From Azolla caroliniana (taxonomy: Eukaryota > Plantae > Polypodiophyta), in assembly GCA_043228905.1 (NCBI GenBank), contig JBHGNT010000022.1, forward strand, positions 10,664,001 through 10,728,000: 64,000 nt of DNA, read 5' to 3'. Position 1 is the stretch's first letter; each line of letters begins with the position of its first letter. The translations under genes and the position numbers were made by a program. Shown piece after piece: positions 24,440-35,245 of this stretch. The notes below the pieces were generated by a model, which was not told where the DNA came from, did not search any database, and saw nothing but the letters and a program-made list of their open reading frames with translations.

Positions 24440-25009
24440 CGTTTGCCTCTGCTTTACCTCAATCATCCGAATTGATCACACCATGTGGGATCTCAGAGGT
24501 GTTGCTTATGCGAGATTGAAGGAGATCTGAGATCATGCTCATAAGCATGGTCTCTATAATGATCTCTGGAATGAGTAAGCCAATTGTCGCAATACTACCT
24601 TGATTGCATCTGTTATGTCCTTGATGATTCTTCCACGCTTGATCCTCCCTGTTTGAGCTTATTATCAGATCAGTAATTATACTCATGCAGTGGCAGCAAC
24701 GATTGCGGCGGCATCCAATTTCTCAGCAATCTTATCATGGTTGCCAAGATTTATATCCTCTAAAGTAGTATACTGAGAAGAGCTAAAACTCACAATATCT
24801 CGTGATGCAAATTCTGTTATACTAGCGTCTTTCACTTCCTCTTCTTCTTCCATAGCCAGATCTCTATTTAAGAAGCTTACAGGTTGTCTTTGATCATCGT
24901 TTTCTTCTTCTCCAGAGCTCATGAGCTGAGGATTACGAAGCAAGATGTAGCTAATTCTGTTTCTATGCTTTCTAATCATCTCTGTAAACAGCTCGTCCTT
25001 CTGATTCAT
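24440..25009 (-). pseudogene. Unidentified coding-like fragment within the arm (inverted copy at 26374-26560 plus 32371-32700)
   Basis: 108-aa ORF 24683-25009 (..SSGEEENDDQRQ..AMEEEEEVKD..) with protein-like composition. No family recognised. Confidence 0.35.
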
Positions 25010-25144
25010 GATTATATTATCTTGAGATTGTCCTCCCAGATTATCCGCTTTGTTCTCACATGCATTGGTTCTACAACTCCTCCTTCTGATTCATGATTAT
25101 ATTATCTTGAGATTTTCCTCCTAGATTATCCGATTTGTTCTCAC

Positions 25145-25620
25145 ATGCATTGGTTCTAGCAACGAAGAAGAAATCCTTATCTCCATTGGCATCCCGAGAT
25201 GCTGCTATCTTTTGTGCATGCTCCTTTGCTGGAATGACTTGCTTTCCAGGCATATGGTCACATTTCTTGGGCCAGACTTGATCCTCTAGAAAGCAGCCAA
25301 CTGCACCGGTTGCAATCAGATCTTTGACGGTCCTCTCTGTACATTCGGTGCATTACCTCCTCCAGTGTCTTCATGTGTCTGCATCTGCAATGATAGGTAT
25401 CTTGTAAGCAGTCACACAAATGAATCGAGTATTCATTGCCATTTCAGGTGGTTTCAAGAATAGGAAGTCTGATTTTCCCATGAGAGAGGCAGAGAGAGCA
25501 TCCTAACAACCAGGCATCCGAACGACACCACCGTCTTGGATCAGATCCAACACTTTTGTCAGCAACCCCTCCAACAATCCGGCCATGGCCTTGTACCTTC
25601 TGATGGCACTGGAGGACGCC
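25145..25620 (-). pseudogene. Captured fragment of an isocitrate lyase/PEP mutase superfamily gene (2,3-dimethylmalate lyase / carboxyphosphonoenolpyruvate mutase-like)
   Basis: Translation: LIQDGGVVRMPGC*DALSASLMGKSDF..PPEMA..IPIIADADT/GGGNAPNVQ/RTVKDLIATGAVGCFLEDQVWPKKCDHMPGKQVIPAKEHAQKIAASRDANGDKDFFFVARTNA. It contains the family motifs DADTG, xEDQ, KKCGH-like and ARTD-like. It has stops and frameshifts, and no introns. Confidence 0.88.
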
Positions 25621-25910
25621 ATGGTGATCTTCTCCCTATCCTTCTTCTCATCATCATCACGGCCAAAAGTCTGGGCACCTGCTTATGACGATCCTCCATT
25701 CCTCTTCACTTCATCGAGCTCCTGTCGGTGGATCTTCTTGGCCTCGAGGAACTGCTTGAAAAGCTCATTCAGCTCGGCCAGTCTCAAGGGAGGCATCATG
25801 TCGAGGAGGTCCCTGATCTCTCTGATACGGACCTATAGGGCATCGATCTGGTGCTTGAGGAGGCCGATCTGCTGGATGAAACTGAGCTTTTTGTGGCGCT
25901 TCACATGCAG
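25621..25910 (-). pseudogene. Second captured coding fragment (helical/coiled-coil, unidentified), in frame with the lyase fragment
   Basis: GC-rich frame LHVKRHKKLSFIQQIGLLKHQIDAL*VRIREIRDLLDMMPPLRLAELNELFKQFLEAKKIHRQELDEVKR.. Confidence 0.5.
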
Positions 25911-26203
25911 GCAGGGATCAAGGGGGAGGGGGAGGGGGAGGGGCAGGGATCAAGCGAGAACGAAGGAGAAGGAGAAGGAAAGAAGGAAGCTAAAGGAAGG
26001 AGACACAAAAGAAACACTGAAGAAGGCAAGTTCACGAACAAGAGTACAAATGGATCAATTTCTTTCTCTAAGGAAGTACAAGTAGGGAGTTTATGGTTAC
26101 GAGAAAGAGAAAGACATAGACTTCCTCTGAAAGGAGGGTCGGGTCATCCGTTCTGGCGTGCCAAAAGTGTTCTTGGGGTGGGGGTTGAAACCTAGAATGG
26201 CTT

Positions 26204-26372
26204 CACCCCCCTCCCAAGGGGGTTACGATAGAGAGAGAGAAAAGGAGAGTGAAAAATCAGAAATGACACAAAAATGTGAGAGAGGAAAAAGTTATCCATT
26301 ACATGCCCCATAATGGGTTTATATAATACATACAATGTAACGATTACATGACCGTTAAAAGTAAGACCGTTA
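26204..26372 (-). repeat. Third, internal partial copy of the terminal segment
   Basis: Reverse complement of about 21255-21422, including TATTATATAAACCC and a ~35-bp stretch missing from the right terminus. Confidence 0.85.
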
Positions 26373-26560
26373 AAAAGCATAGAAACAGAATTAGCTACGT
26401 CTCGCTTCGTAATCCTCAGCTCATGAGCTCTAGAGAAGAAGAAAACGATGATCAAAGACAACCTGTAAGCTTCTTAAATAGAGATTTGGCTATGGAAGAA
26501 GAAGGGGAAGTGAAAGACGCTAGTATAACAGAATTTGCATCACGAGATATTGTGAGTTTT

Positions 26561-29500
26561 TGTTGTGTAAAGGTGTCCCTCCTTGCGGGGGAGTCGGCCG
26601 AAAAGTCGACTTAAGAGTCGGCTGGTCGAAATCGGCTGAGAAGCCGAAATGTGTCGGATTACCGAAAACAGCCGAAAAGCCGAAAATAGTCAGATTACCG
26701 AATTTGGCCGAAGTCGGTCAAAGAGCAAAAGAATGGTCGGTTTGCCGAAGAACCGAATCTGGGGTCAATTGACCGAATTCGGTGAGAAAGCCGAATTCGT
26801 ACTCAATCAAATGGACACATATACATATACATATGCCTTCTTACATATAAAGTAAAAAAAAGACCTAGTATATATATGCCAACAGGCCTGGCAGTATATA
26901 TGTATGAGGGAAAAAACGAGTTGGATGTATGCGTAACTCTGAGAACGACTGAGTTTTCTACACAATAGTGGTTGTGTAAGAGTATACATACTCAGAAGCT
27001 AAGAGAGGAAAAGAAGAGAGAATCAAAAGAGAAACAGAGAAGCTTGGGAAGCTCAAAAGGAATAGACGTCTATGTGCTAGGGTTTTGGATGCGGTCGGCT
27101 GAAATCGTGTTGTGTAAGAGTATACATACTCAGAAGCTAAGAGAGAAGAAAAGAAGAGAGAATCAAAAGAGAAACAGAGAGTGAAAGACAAAGAAGCTTG
27201 GGAAGCTCAAAAGGAATAGACGTCTATGTGCTAGGGTTTGGATGCGGTCGGCTGAAATCGTGGTTTTAGCACACTCCCATACCAAATCAGGTTTTATTGT
27301 TCTGATTGTATTCCGTAATTGCTCATAGTGAAATTTCCTATTCCCGTGGTTTTTCCCTGAAATCAGGGTTTTCCACGTAAATCATGTGTTCTTCATTTTC
27401 TGTTTAGGTCTAAGTTCGATTTCTGATTTTTGTTTGAGTGAAATTCTATCAAACTGGTATCAGAGCCTAGGTTCTAGATGGAAGGGGGTGTGAGTGGCTT
27501 TCCAGGTATGATTGTCTTGAACTCACAAAATTATTCAGATTGGAAGATCAAAATGGAAGATCTCCTAATAGTAAAAGACTTGTATGAGCCTATAGAAAAT
27601 AAGGATATACCAAAGGGGGTAATAGAGTCGGAGTGGAGAATTCTAAATAGGAAGGCAGTGGCGATTATGAGACAATGTGTAGACATTAGTGTTCTACAAC
27701 ATGTAGCGAGTGACACCAATGCCTTCGAACTATGGCATAAACTTTCTGACCTCTATGAAAGGAAAAATGCCTTAAATAAGACCTTCTTGATGAGGAAGAT
27801 AGTGAGACTGAAGTACATAGATGGGGAGAGCATTGTAGAGCATATCAGTGTGTTTATGGGACTACTGAATCAGTTAGCCTCATCAAAGTTCCCATTAGAT
27901 GACTGTATGTAGGCCACACTATTGTTATGTACTCTCCCGGATAGTTGGGAAAACTTAATAGTAACACTCAGCACTTCATGTAAAGAAGACAACTTATCCT
28001 TACAAGTAGTAAAGACGAGTATTTTAAATGAAGAGACAAGAAGAAAAGACAAAAATGTCTTGTCTCAGTCGGAAGCTAATGTGACCCAAGAATTTAGCCG
28101 AGGTAGAAGAGAGCATAGAAGCCCAGAAAATGGAGATAGGTTTTATGGAAGGTCAAAGTCTAGAGGAAGACCTACATGCTTTTATTGTGGGAAGCCTGGT
28201 CACTTCCAAAAGAATTGTTGACATCTTAGAAAGGACAAAGGCATGGCTGATGAGGTCGAACCCAGAAAAATTTCTGATGATAAAAATACCTCAGCCATTG
28301 CAACTAGTGAGGAAGAGATGCTATTCATCTGTGAACAAGATAGCGTGAATCTTGTAAATGATGAGTGCTCATGGGTAGTGGATTCCGGTGCATCTTTTCA
28401 CCTAACTCCCAAAAGAGAATGTTTTTCATCTTACACAACCGGTGACTACGGCCATGTAAGGATGGGAAATGACGGTGAATGCAAGATTGTGGGCATAGGA
28501 ACTGTGTGTTTGCTAACATCTACTGGTTGCAGGATGATATTGAAGGATGTACGCCATGTTCCGGATGTCAGATTGAATCTGATATCGGCTGGACGGCTAG
28601 ATGATGACGGGTACAGTGGTGGCTTCCAAAATGGTACATGGAAGTTCTGTAAGGGGAACCTGATTGTGGCTCGAGCCCAAAAACAGAACACATTGTATGT
28701 AATGTATGCGAAGTTGTGTCGAGAGGAAGCAAATGTAGTGGCTGGCTTAGATGGTGAGTTATGGCATAAAAGGCTCGGACACATGAGTGAAAGGGGAATG
28801 TATATCCTTGCGGAAAAGGATTTCCTACCAGAGGTGAAAGGAATACATTTGGAAAAGTGTGTGGATTGCTTGGCTGGGAAGAAAAATAGAACAGCCTTTC
28901 ACTCTAGGACTCCAATGAGGAGAGAACATGCCTTAGAGCTGGTTCACACCGATGTATGTTATATTGATGCCCCATCTCATCGTGGAGGACAATACTTTGT
29001 CACATTTATTGATGACTTCAGTAGAAAGGTGTGGGCTTATGTGTTGGTGTCTAAAGACCAAGTGTTGTCGGTCTTTAAAGAGTTTCATGCTAGGGCAGAA
29101 AGAGAGTCCGGACAGAAGCTGAAGGCTGTCTGGACAGATAACGGTGGCGAATATAGAGGCCAATTTGAGATGTATTGCAAGACTCAAGGCATCAAACTTG
29201 AGTATACGGTGCCGAAGACACCTGAGCTAAATGGTCTAGCAGAAAGAATGAATCGAACCATAATGGAAAGGGTAAGAAGCATGTTGGCACATGCAAAATT
29301 GCCAAAGTCATATTGGGCTGAAGGAATGTTGACAGTTGTTTACCTTATTAACAAGTCTCCATCAGTGCCTCTAATAGGGGATGTACCACAAAGAGTGTGG
29401 ACAGGAAGAAGTGTATCTTATCAGCACTTAAAGGTGTTTGGATGCTTGGCCTATGTACATGTTGCTAAAGATCAGAGGTCAAAGATGGACAGTAAATCCA

Positions 29501-32365
29501 AACCTTGTATATTCTTGGGGTACTCGGAAGAAGAGTTCGGGTACAGAATGTGGGATCTCCTTGATAAGAAAGTGATAAGAAGTCGAGATGTCATATTAAT
29601 GGAAGACAAGACAATCGAGGACTAGAAGCAACAAAGACCAGAGTCGTCTCCCAAATCGACTACTGTTATGGAGTCAATACTAGTCGATCCCACTCCCACA
29701 CAACAATCAGCTAACGAAGTTGAATTTGAGTCGGTCGACACCCAACATCAGATTGATACACACGAATCGGAGTCGGAAGATGAGTTGTTGGAAGAAAATG
29801 ACCATGAGCCAATTATTGAAGGAAGAAGATATCCACGAAGACAAAGGAAGGTCTCCTCTAGATATCCAGCCAGTCAATATGTCCTCTTGACTGATGAAGG
29901 GGAACCAGAATGCTATGAAGAGGCCATGACTGATATACAAAAGGAGAAATGGTATAATGCCATGCAAGAAGAAATGGATTCCTTGCATGAGAATCTAACT
30001 TATGAGCTGATGGAGCTGCCTGATGGTAAGAAGGCACTTAGAAACAAATGGGTCTACAAATTAAAGACTGGTGAAGATGGCAGTACACCCAGGTATAAGG
30101 CCCGGATTGTCGTAAAGGGTTTTCAACAGAAAAGGGGTGTTGACTTTGATGAGATTTTTGCCCCAGTTGTGAAGATGACCTCTATTCGGAATGTTTTGAG
30201 TATGGCCACCAGTATGAATCTTGAAATCGAACAACTGGATGTTAAAACAGCTTTCTTGCATGGTGAGTTGGAAGAAGAAATCTATATGAAATAGCCAGAG
30301 GGTTTTGAGGTAAAAGGAAAAGAAAATCTTGTCTGTAGGTTGAAGAAAAGCTTGTATGGTCTAAAGCAAGCTCCACGACAATGGTATAAGAAATTTGAGT
30401 CCTTTATGTTGGTACATGGATTCCACAAAACACAAGCCGATCATTGTGTATTTGTGAAAAGATATGATGAGAGTGACTTTCTTATTCTGTTGTTGTATGT
30501 AGATGATATGTTGGTTGTTGGACAGGATGTCAAAAAGATTGCAAGCTTGAAGAAAGCATTGAGCAAATCGTTTGCCATGAAAGATTGAGGACCGGCAAAA
30601 CAGATTTTGGGAATGCATATAGTCCGGGACAGGACTGAAAACATGTTATGGCTGTCACAAGAGAAATATGTGACAAAAGTTTTGCAAAGGTTTAATATGT
30701 ACAATGCAAAATCGGTCGGATCGCCATTGCCAGTGGACTGTAAGTTAAATTCAGGACAATGTCCGAAAACGGAGAAAGATAAGGCAGAGATGAGGAGAGT
30801 GCCATATGCTTCTGCTATTGGCAGCCTTATGTATGCTATGGTTTGCACAAGGCCGGACATTGCATTCGCTGTTGGAACCGTTAGTCGTTCCATGAGTAAT
30901 CCTGGGAAGGAGCATTGGACAGCCGTAAAATGGATTCTCAGATACCTCAAAGGAACTTCGAGTGTATGTCTTAGATATGGCTCCGGGAAACCTGTGCTAG
31001 AAGGCTTTACAGATTCTGATATGTCGGGTGATGTAGATTCTAGCCGATCCACATCAGGGTATGTGATGATGTATTCAGGGGGAGCTGTGTCATGGCAATC
31101 AAGATTGCAAAAGGTTGTGGCTTTGTCAACCACCGAGGCTGAGTATATGGTTGCAGTGGAAGCCGGAAAAGAATTGATTTGGATGAGAGAGTTCTTGAGC
31201 GAACTAGGATTGAAGCAAGACAAGTACTTACTTCATTGTGACAATCAAAGTGCTATCCATCTGGCTAAGAATGCTACCTACCACTCTCGTACAAAGCACA
31301 TTCAAAGAAGGTACCATTGGTTAAGAGAAAGAGTGGAAGAAAATGAGTTTGTTCTAGCTAAGATCCCCACTGAAGAAAATGGATCAGACATGCTCACAAA
31401 AATTCTGTCTATGGAAAAACTCGTTGCATGCCGGAATAAGATTGGCTTGGTTGGTCCTCCCCCTACAGGAGTGAAGGGGGAGTTTGTTGTGTAAAGGTGT
31501 CCCTCCTTGCGGGGGAGTCGGCCGAAAAGTCGACTGGTCGAAATCGGCCGAGAAGCCGAAATGTGTCGGATTACCGAAAACAGCTGAAAAGCCGAAAATA
31601 GTCAGATTACCGAATTTGGCCGAAGTCGGTCAGAGAGCAAAAGAATGGTCGGTTTGCCAAAGAACCGAATCAGGGGTCAATTGACCGAATTCGGTGAGAA
31701 AGCCGAATTCGTACTCAATCAAATGGACACATATACATATACATATGCCTTCTTACATATAAAGTAAAAAAATGACCTAGTATATATATGCCAACAGGCC
31801 TAGCAATATATATGTATGAGGGAAAAAATGAGTTGGATGTATGTGTAACTCTGAGAACGATTGAGTTTTCTACACAGTAGTGGCTGTGTAAGAGTACACG
31901 TACTCAGAAGCTAAGAGAGAAGAAAAGAAGAGAGAATCAAAAGAGAAACAAAGAGTGAAACACAGAGAAGCTTGGGAAGCTCAAAAGGAATAGACGTCTA
32001 TGTGCTAGGGTTTTGGATGCGGTCGGCTGAAATCGTGTTATGTAAGAGTATACATACTCAGAAGCTAAGAGAGAAGAAAAGAAGAGAGAATCAAAAGAGA
32101 AACAGAGAGTGAAAGACAGAGAAGCTTGGGAAGCTCAAAAGGAATAGACATCTATGTGCTAGGGTTTGGATGCGGTTGGCTGAAATCGTGGTTTCAGCAC
32201 ACTCCCATACCAAATCTGATTGTATTCCGTAATTGCTCATTGTGAAATTTACTATTCCCGTGGTTTTTCCCTGAAATCAGGGTTTTCCACGTAAATCGTG
32301 TGTTCTTCATTTTCTGTTTGGATCTAAGTTCGATTTCTGATTTTTTTCTGAGTGAAACTCTATCA
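26561..32365 (+). mobile_element. Full-length Ty1/Copia element (Copia-2, Tork/Tnt1-like) in the right arm
   Basis: LTRs 26561-27451 and 31485-32365 (TG...CA). TSD GTTTT at 26556-26560 and 32366-32370. PBS TGGTATCAGAGC at 27455-27466. PPT GTGAAGGGGGAG at 31471-31482. Each LTR carries a ~140-bp internal tandem duplication. Confidence 0.97.
27478..31494 (+). pseudogene. Copia-2 gag-pol polyprotein: one frame, five premature stops
   Basis: Six ORFs, all in the same frame. Motifs CFYCGKPGHFQKNC, WVVDSGASFH, VHTDVC, NGLAERMNRT, LYVDDML, FTDSDM, RTKHIQRRYH. Confidence 0.95.
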
Positions 32366-33758
32366 GTTTTAGCTATTCTCAGTATACTACTTTAGAGGAT
32401 ATAAATCTTGGCAACCATGATAAGATTGCTAAGAAATTGGATGCCGCCGCAATCGACGCTGCCACCGCATGAGTATAATTACTGATCTGATAATAAGCTC
32501 AAACAGGGAGGATCAAGCGTGGAAGAATCATCAAGGACATAACAGATGCAATCAAGGTAGTATTGCGACAATTGGCTTACTCATTCCAGAGATCATTATA
32601 GAGACCATGCTTATGAGCATGATCTCAGATCTCCTTCAATCTCGCATAAGCAACACATCTGAGATCCCACATGGTGTGATCAATTTGGATGATTGAGGTA
32701 AAGCAAAGGCAAACAAAGAAGAAGCAGAATGAGAGAAGAACGCACAAAGAAAGAAAGAGAAGAGGGGCATGAAGAGAAAATTTCAGAAACATAAGGGCAG
32801 AGAAGATGAAATTTTATAAGCTCAAGGGTATGAGATGAAATTTCAAAACTTCAAGGGCATGACATGAGATTTCAAAAATTGGAGGGCAGAATGTAGAATT
32901 TCGAAAGCAAAAGGGCCGAAAATAAAATTTCAAAAAATTTTAGGGTAAAAATTTTAAAGACCAAAGGGTAAAAAAATAAAAAAAAATAAAAAAAATAAAA
33001 AACTCACTTCACATGATAAAAGAAAGAATACACAAATGCACAACACGATTTCACGACCCATGCCATAGTGAACTAGCCGATTGGTGTATGATCCAATCAC
33101 GACTTGTGTTGACCGAACGAGAAGGTTCGAGTCAAGCACCTCCCCTCCCAAGGGGGTTACGATAGAGAGAGAGAAAAGGAGAGTGAAAATAAAAAATGAC
33201 ACAAAAATGTGAAAGGGGTTTATATAATACATACAATGTAATGGTTACATGACCGTTATAAATAAGACCGTTACACATTCTTGTACACATGCACATAATT
33301 GTGCATGTGTCCATACACATACTCATCCTCACACACTCATTTACTATACACATACACGTCAACCATATCATCACATACCCTTATACTTCCCCGTATATTC
33401 TTACAGGTAACAATGAGGGAGATATGACGATTAGAAGGTCATTATGTCTTAATTAAAAATAGGAGATAAAAAGCTTGTAAAAATAACATGAACGAGGGAG
33501 GAGAAGAAGATTATAAGAAGTGAGATGAAGGAGGTTAAGGCGGGGTGAAGTGATACATTTGTAATAAGGAAAGGGTCTTGAGAGAGGAGAGGTCTTAGTA
33601 GTGGGAAGAAAGAGATTAAGGTAGAATTGTCAAAAAAACTTGTAGGTTTGAGTGATTGGAAGTAAGTTCTTTGGTTTTTTAGTTCAATTTGGAGTTTATC
33701 CCCTTTGTATTGATTTTATAGTGGAATATTATAACATTCTATCTCTTTCTCATCTTCT

Positions 33759-35245
33759 TGTAAAGAATCGATGGTGATTCTTGTTTAGCGGAAAGGATGT
33801 GTGTTATGTGTATGTGTGAGAGGAAAGAGGAGAGGAGAGAAACACAAGATGGATAAGAGACAAAATGAAGTACTCAAGAAGAAGGAGATGTATATTAACA
33901 AGGAGAATATGATAAATGAAAATGTAGCATTACAAGGAGTCACAACCGACTTAGTATGAAGTATAAGGAGGGTGCTTTATATAGAGTCACCCTCTCTCTT
34001 CATTAAATTACAACAACCACTCTCTCTCTTGGGGAATGTGAAGACTCATAGTCATGGGGAATATGTAACTCATTAGTTATGTGTCATAGAATATGATTCT
34101 ACGACACATAGTTAATGTGTAGAGAGTAGTGGTGTGACTCTTGACCTTTGAGTAATCATAGATTCTCAAAAGATGTGTTCACACCTTGTGCTATGTTGAG
34201 CTTGATTCTCAACACTTCTCGACCTTTTGTCTTAATGTCTTGAGTCTCACTCTCTAATTCGTAACTATTTTGATTTATAAAAACTATTATAGTTCACAAC
34301 TCTCTCGAATCGGCTTGGTCAAGCCCCCATATTGTGTACGACTATCCTTTGTCTTATACACTCTATCAATAGGCTCCTATTAAATAGGAATCATTAGAAT
34401 GTCAAACATTCACTAATTGAATCATTTATACTTCCAAGGTTCTTTATTTATAACAATTTCTTTATTTTAGGTATACCTAACAGATGTAACACTCTCCCGC
34501 TAGGGGTGAGAGTTTCAACCACGAAACTAATGTCTGGTGGCAACATTTAGCCCCCCATGTTAACTATGGTTTTCCTTAAGAATTTGGATGGTTTAGTGGC
34601 TCCATTAACCACTCGAAACTTGCTTGCCATTGCACCTCCTTAGTAATCCACGAAGCTTCCACCAATGATCACCCATGCCACTTGATCAAGTAGCATCTTC
34701 TCCCTCGACAAACTTGTGTCTTTAATATGGCCTCTAGTTCGCGTTGGAAGTTATTCGTTGCCTCACAACCCCACTTTTCATTTGTATGAAAAGGCTTTAG
34801 TAGGCTGACATGACAAACATCGTGGATTTTGGAGGTTGTAGGTAGTTGTAATTTGTAGGAGACGCCAATTAGCCGCACTGACTAATCCTAAGTCTCCTAG
34901 GAAAAACTCCACATGTTCATGTTTCTTGTTGACCCGATTAATCATTTGAGACTTTGTCTTAGTCAAATGCACTTGTGCTGCTTGCATTCTCTCCTTCCAT
35001 TCTTCCAAAAACTTGGCTACATCTAGCTCTTCTGTCTGTATTTTGTTAGTAGTATGTAACAAGGCAATCGACATGAGTACTTCTTTGCCCATTGATAGCT
35101 CGAATGGAGAGAAACCCGTTGCTAAGTGGATAGTTGCATTGTAGCAGAGCTCAAGCATGTCAAGATGCTCCACCCAATCTGATTGACGTAACAATGAATA
35201 TAACCTTTGATGCCCTGATTAAGCAGCTCAATCTGACCATCGGTA
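33759..35245 (-). mobile_element. Degenerate chromovirus (Gypsy) 3' remnant: integrase C-terminus, chromodomain, PPT and LTR
   Basis: Motifs TDGQIE..DWVEHL..YNATIH..TGFSPF, YKLQLP..IHDVCHVSLLKP, YLIKWHG. PPT-like CTCTCCCGC at 34492-34500 next to ..GTAACA at 34491. Left LTR edge uncertain. Confidence 0.75.

Larger units (their letters stand above)
21116..33412. mobile_element. Non-autonomous element with long inverted termini, TG...CA ends, 5-bp TSD and captured gene fragments
   Basis: Junctions ATGAG|TGTTACC...GGTAACA|ATGAG (TSD 21111-21115 and 33413-33417). The left arm (21116-21766 plus 24364-24971) is the reverse complement of the right arm (26374-26560 plus 32371-33412). About 3.9 kb once the two nested TEs are removed. 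Confidence 0.88.
20914..33736 (+). repeat. Possible LTR-like purine-rich sequence (20914-21115 plus 33418-33736) that received the inverted-repeat element
   Basis: Begins TGTG where the RLK homology stops and ends ATAACA. Composition is similar on both sides of the ATGAG TSD. No TSD or partner LTR found for it. Confidence 0.3.

Noticed and set aside
25585-26195. Plus-strand ORFs of 166 and 114 aa
   Set aside because: They are antisense shadows of the minus-strand captured fragments and CT-rich leader.
30441-31223. 260-aa antisense ORF in Copia-2 and similar antisense ORFs in other pol regions
   Set aside because: Typical reverse-frame shadows of RT/RNase H coding sequence.
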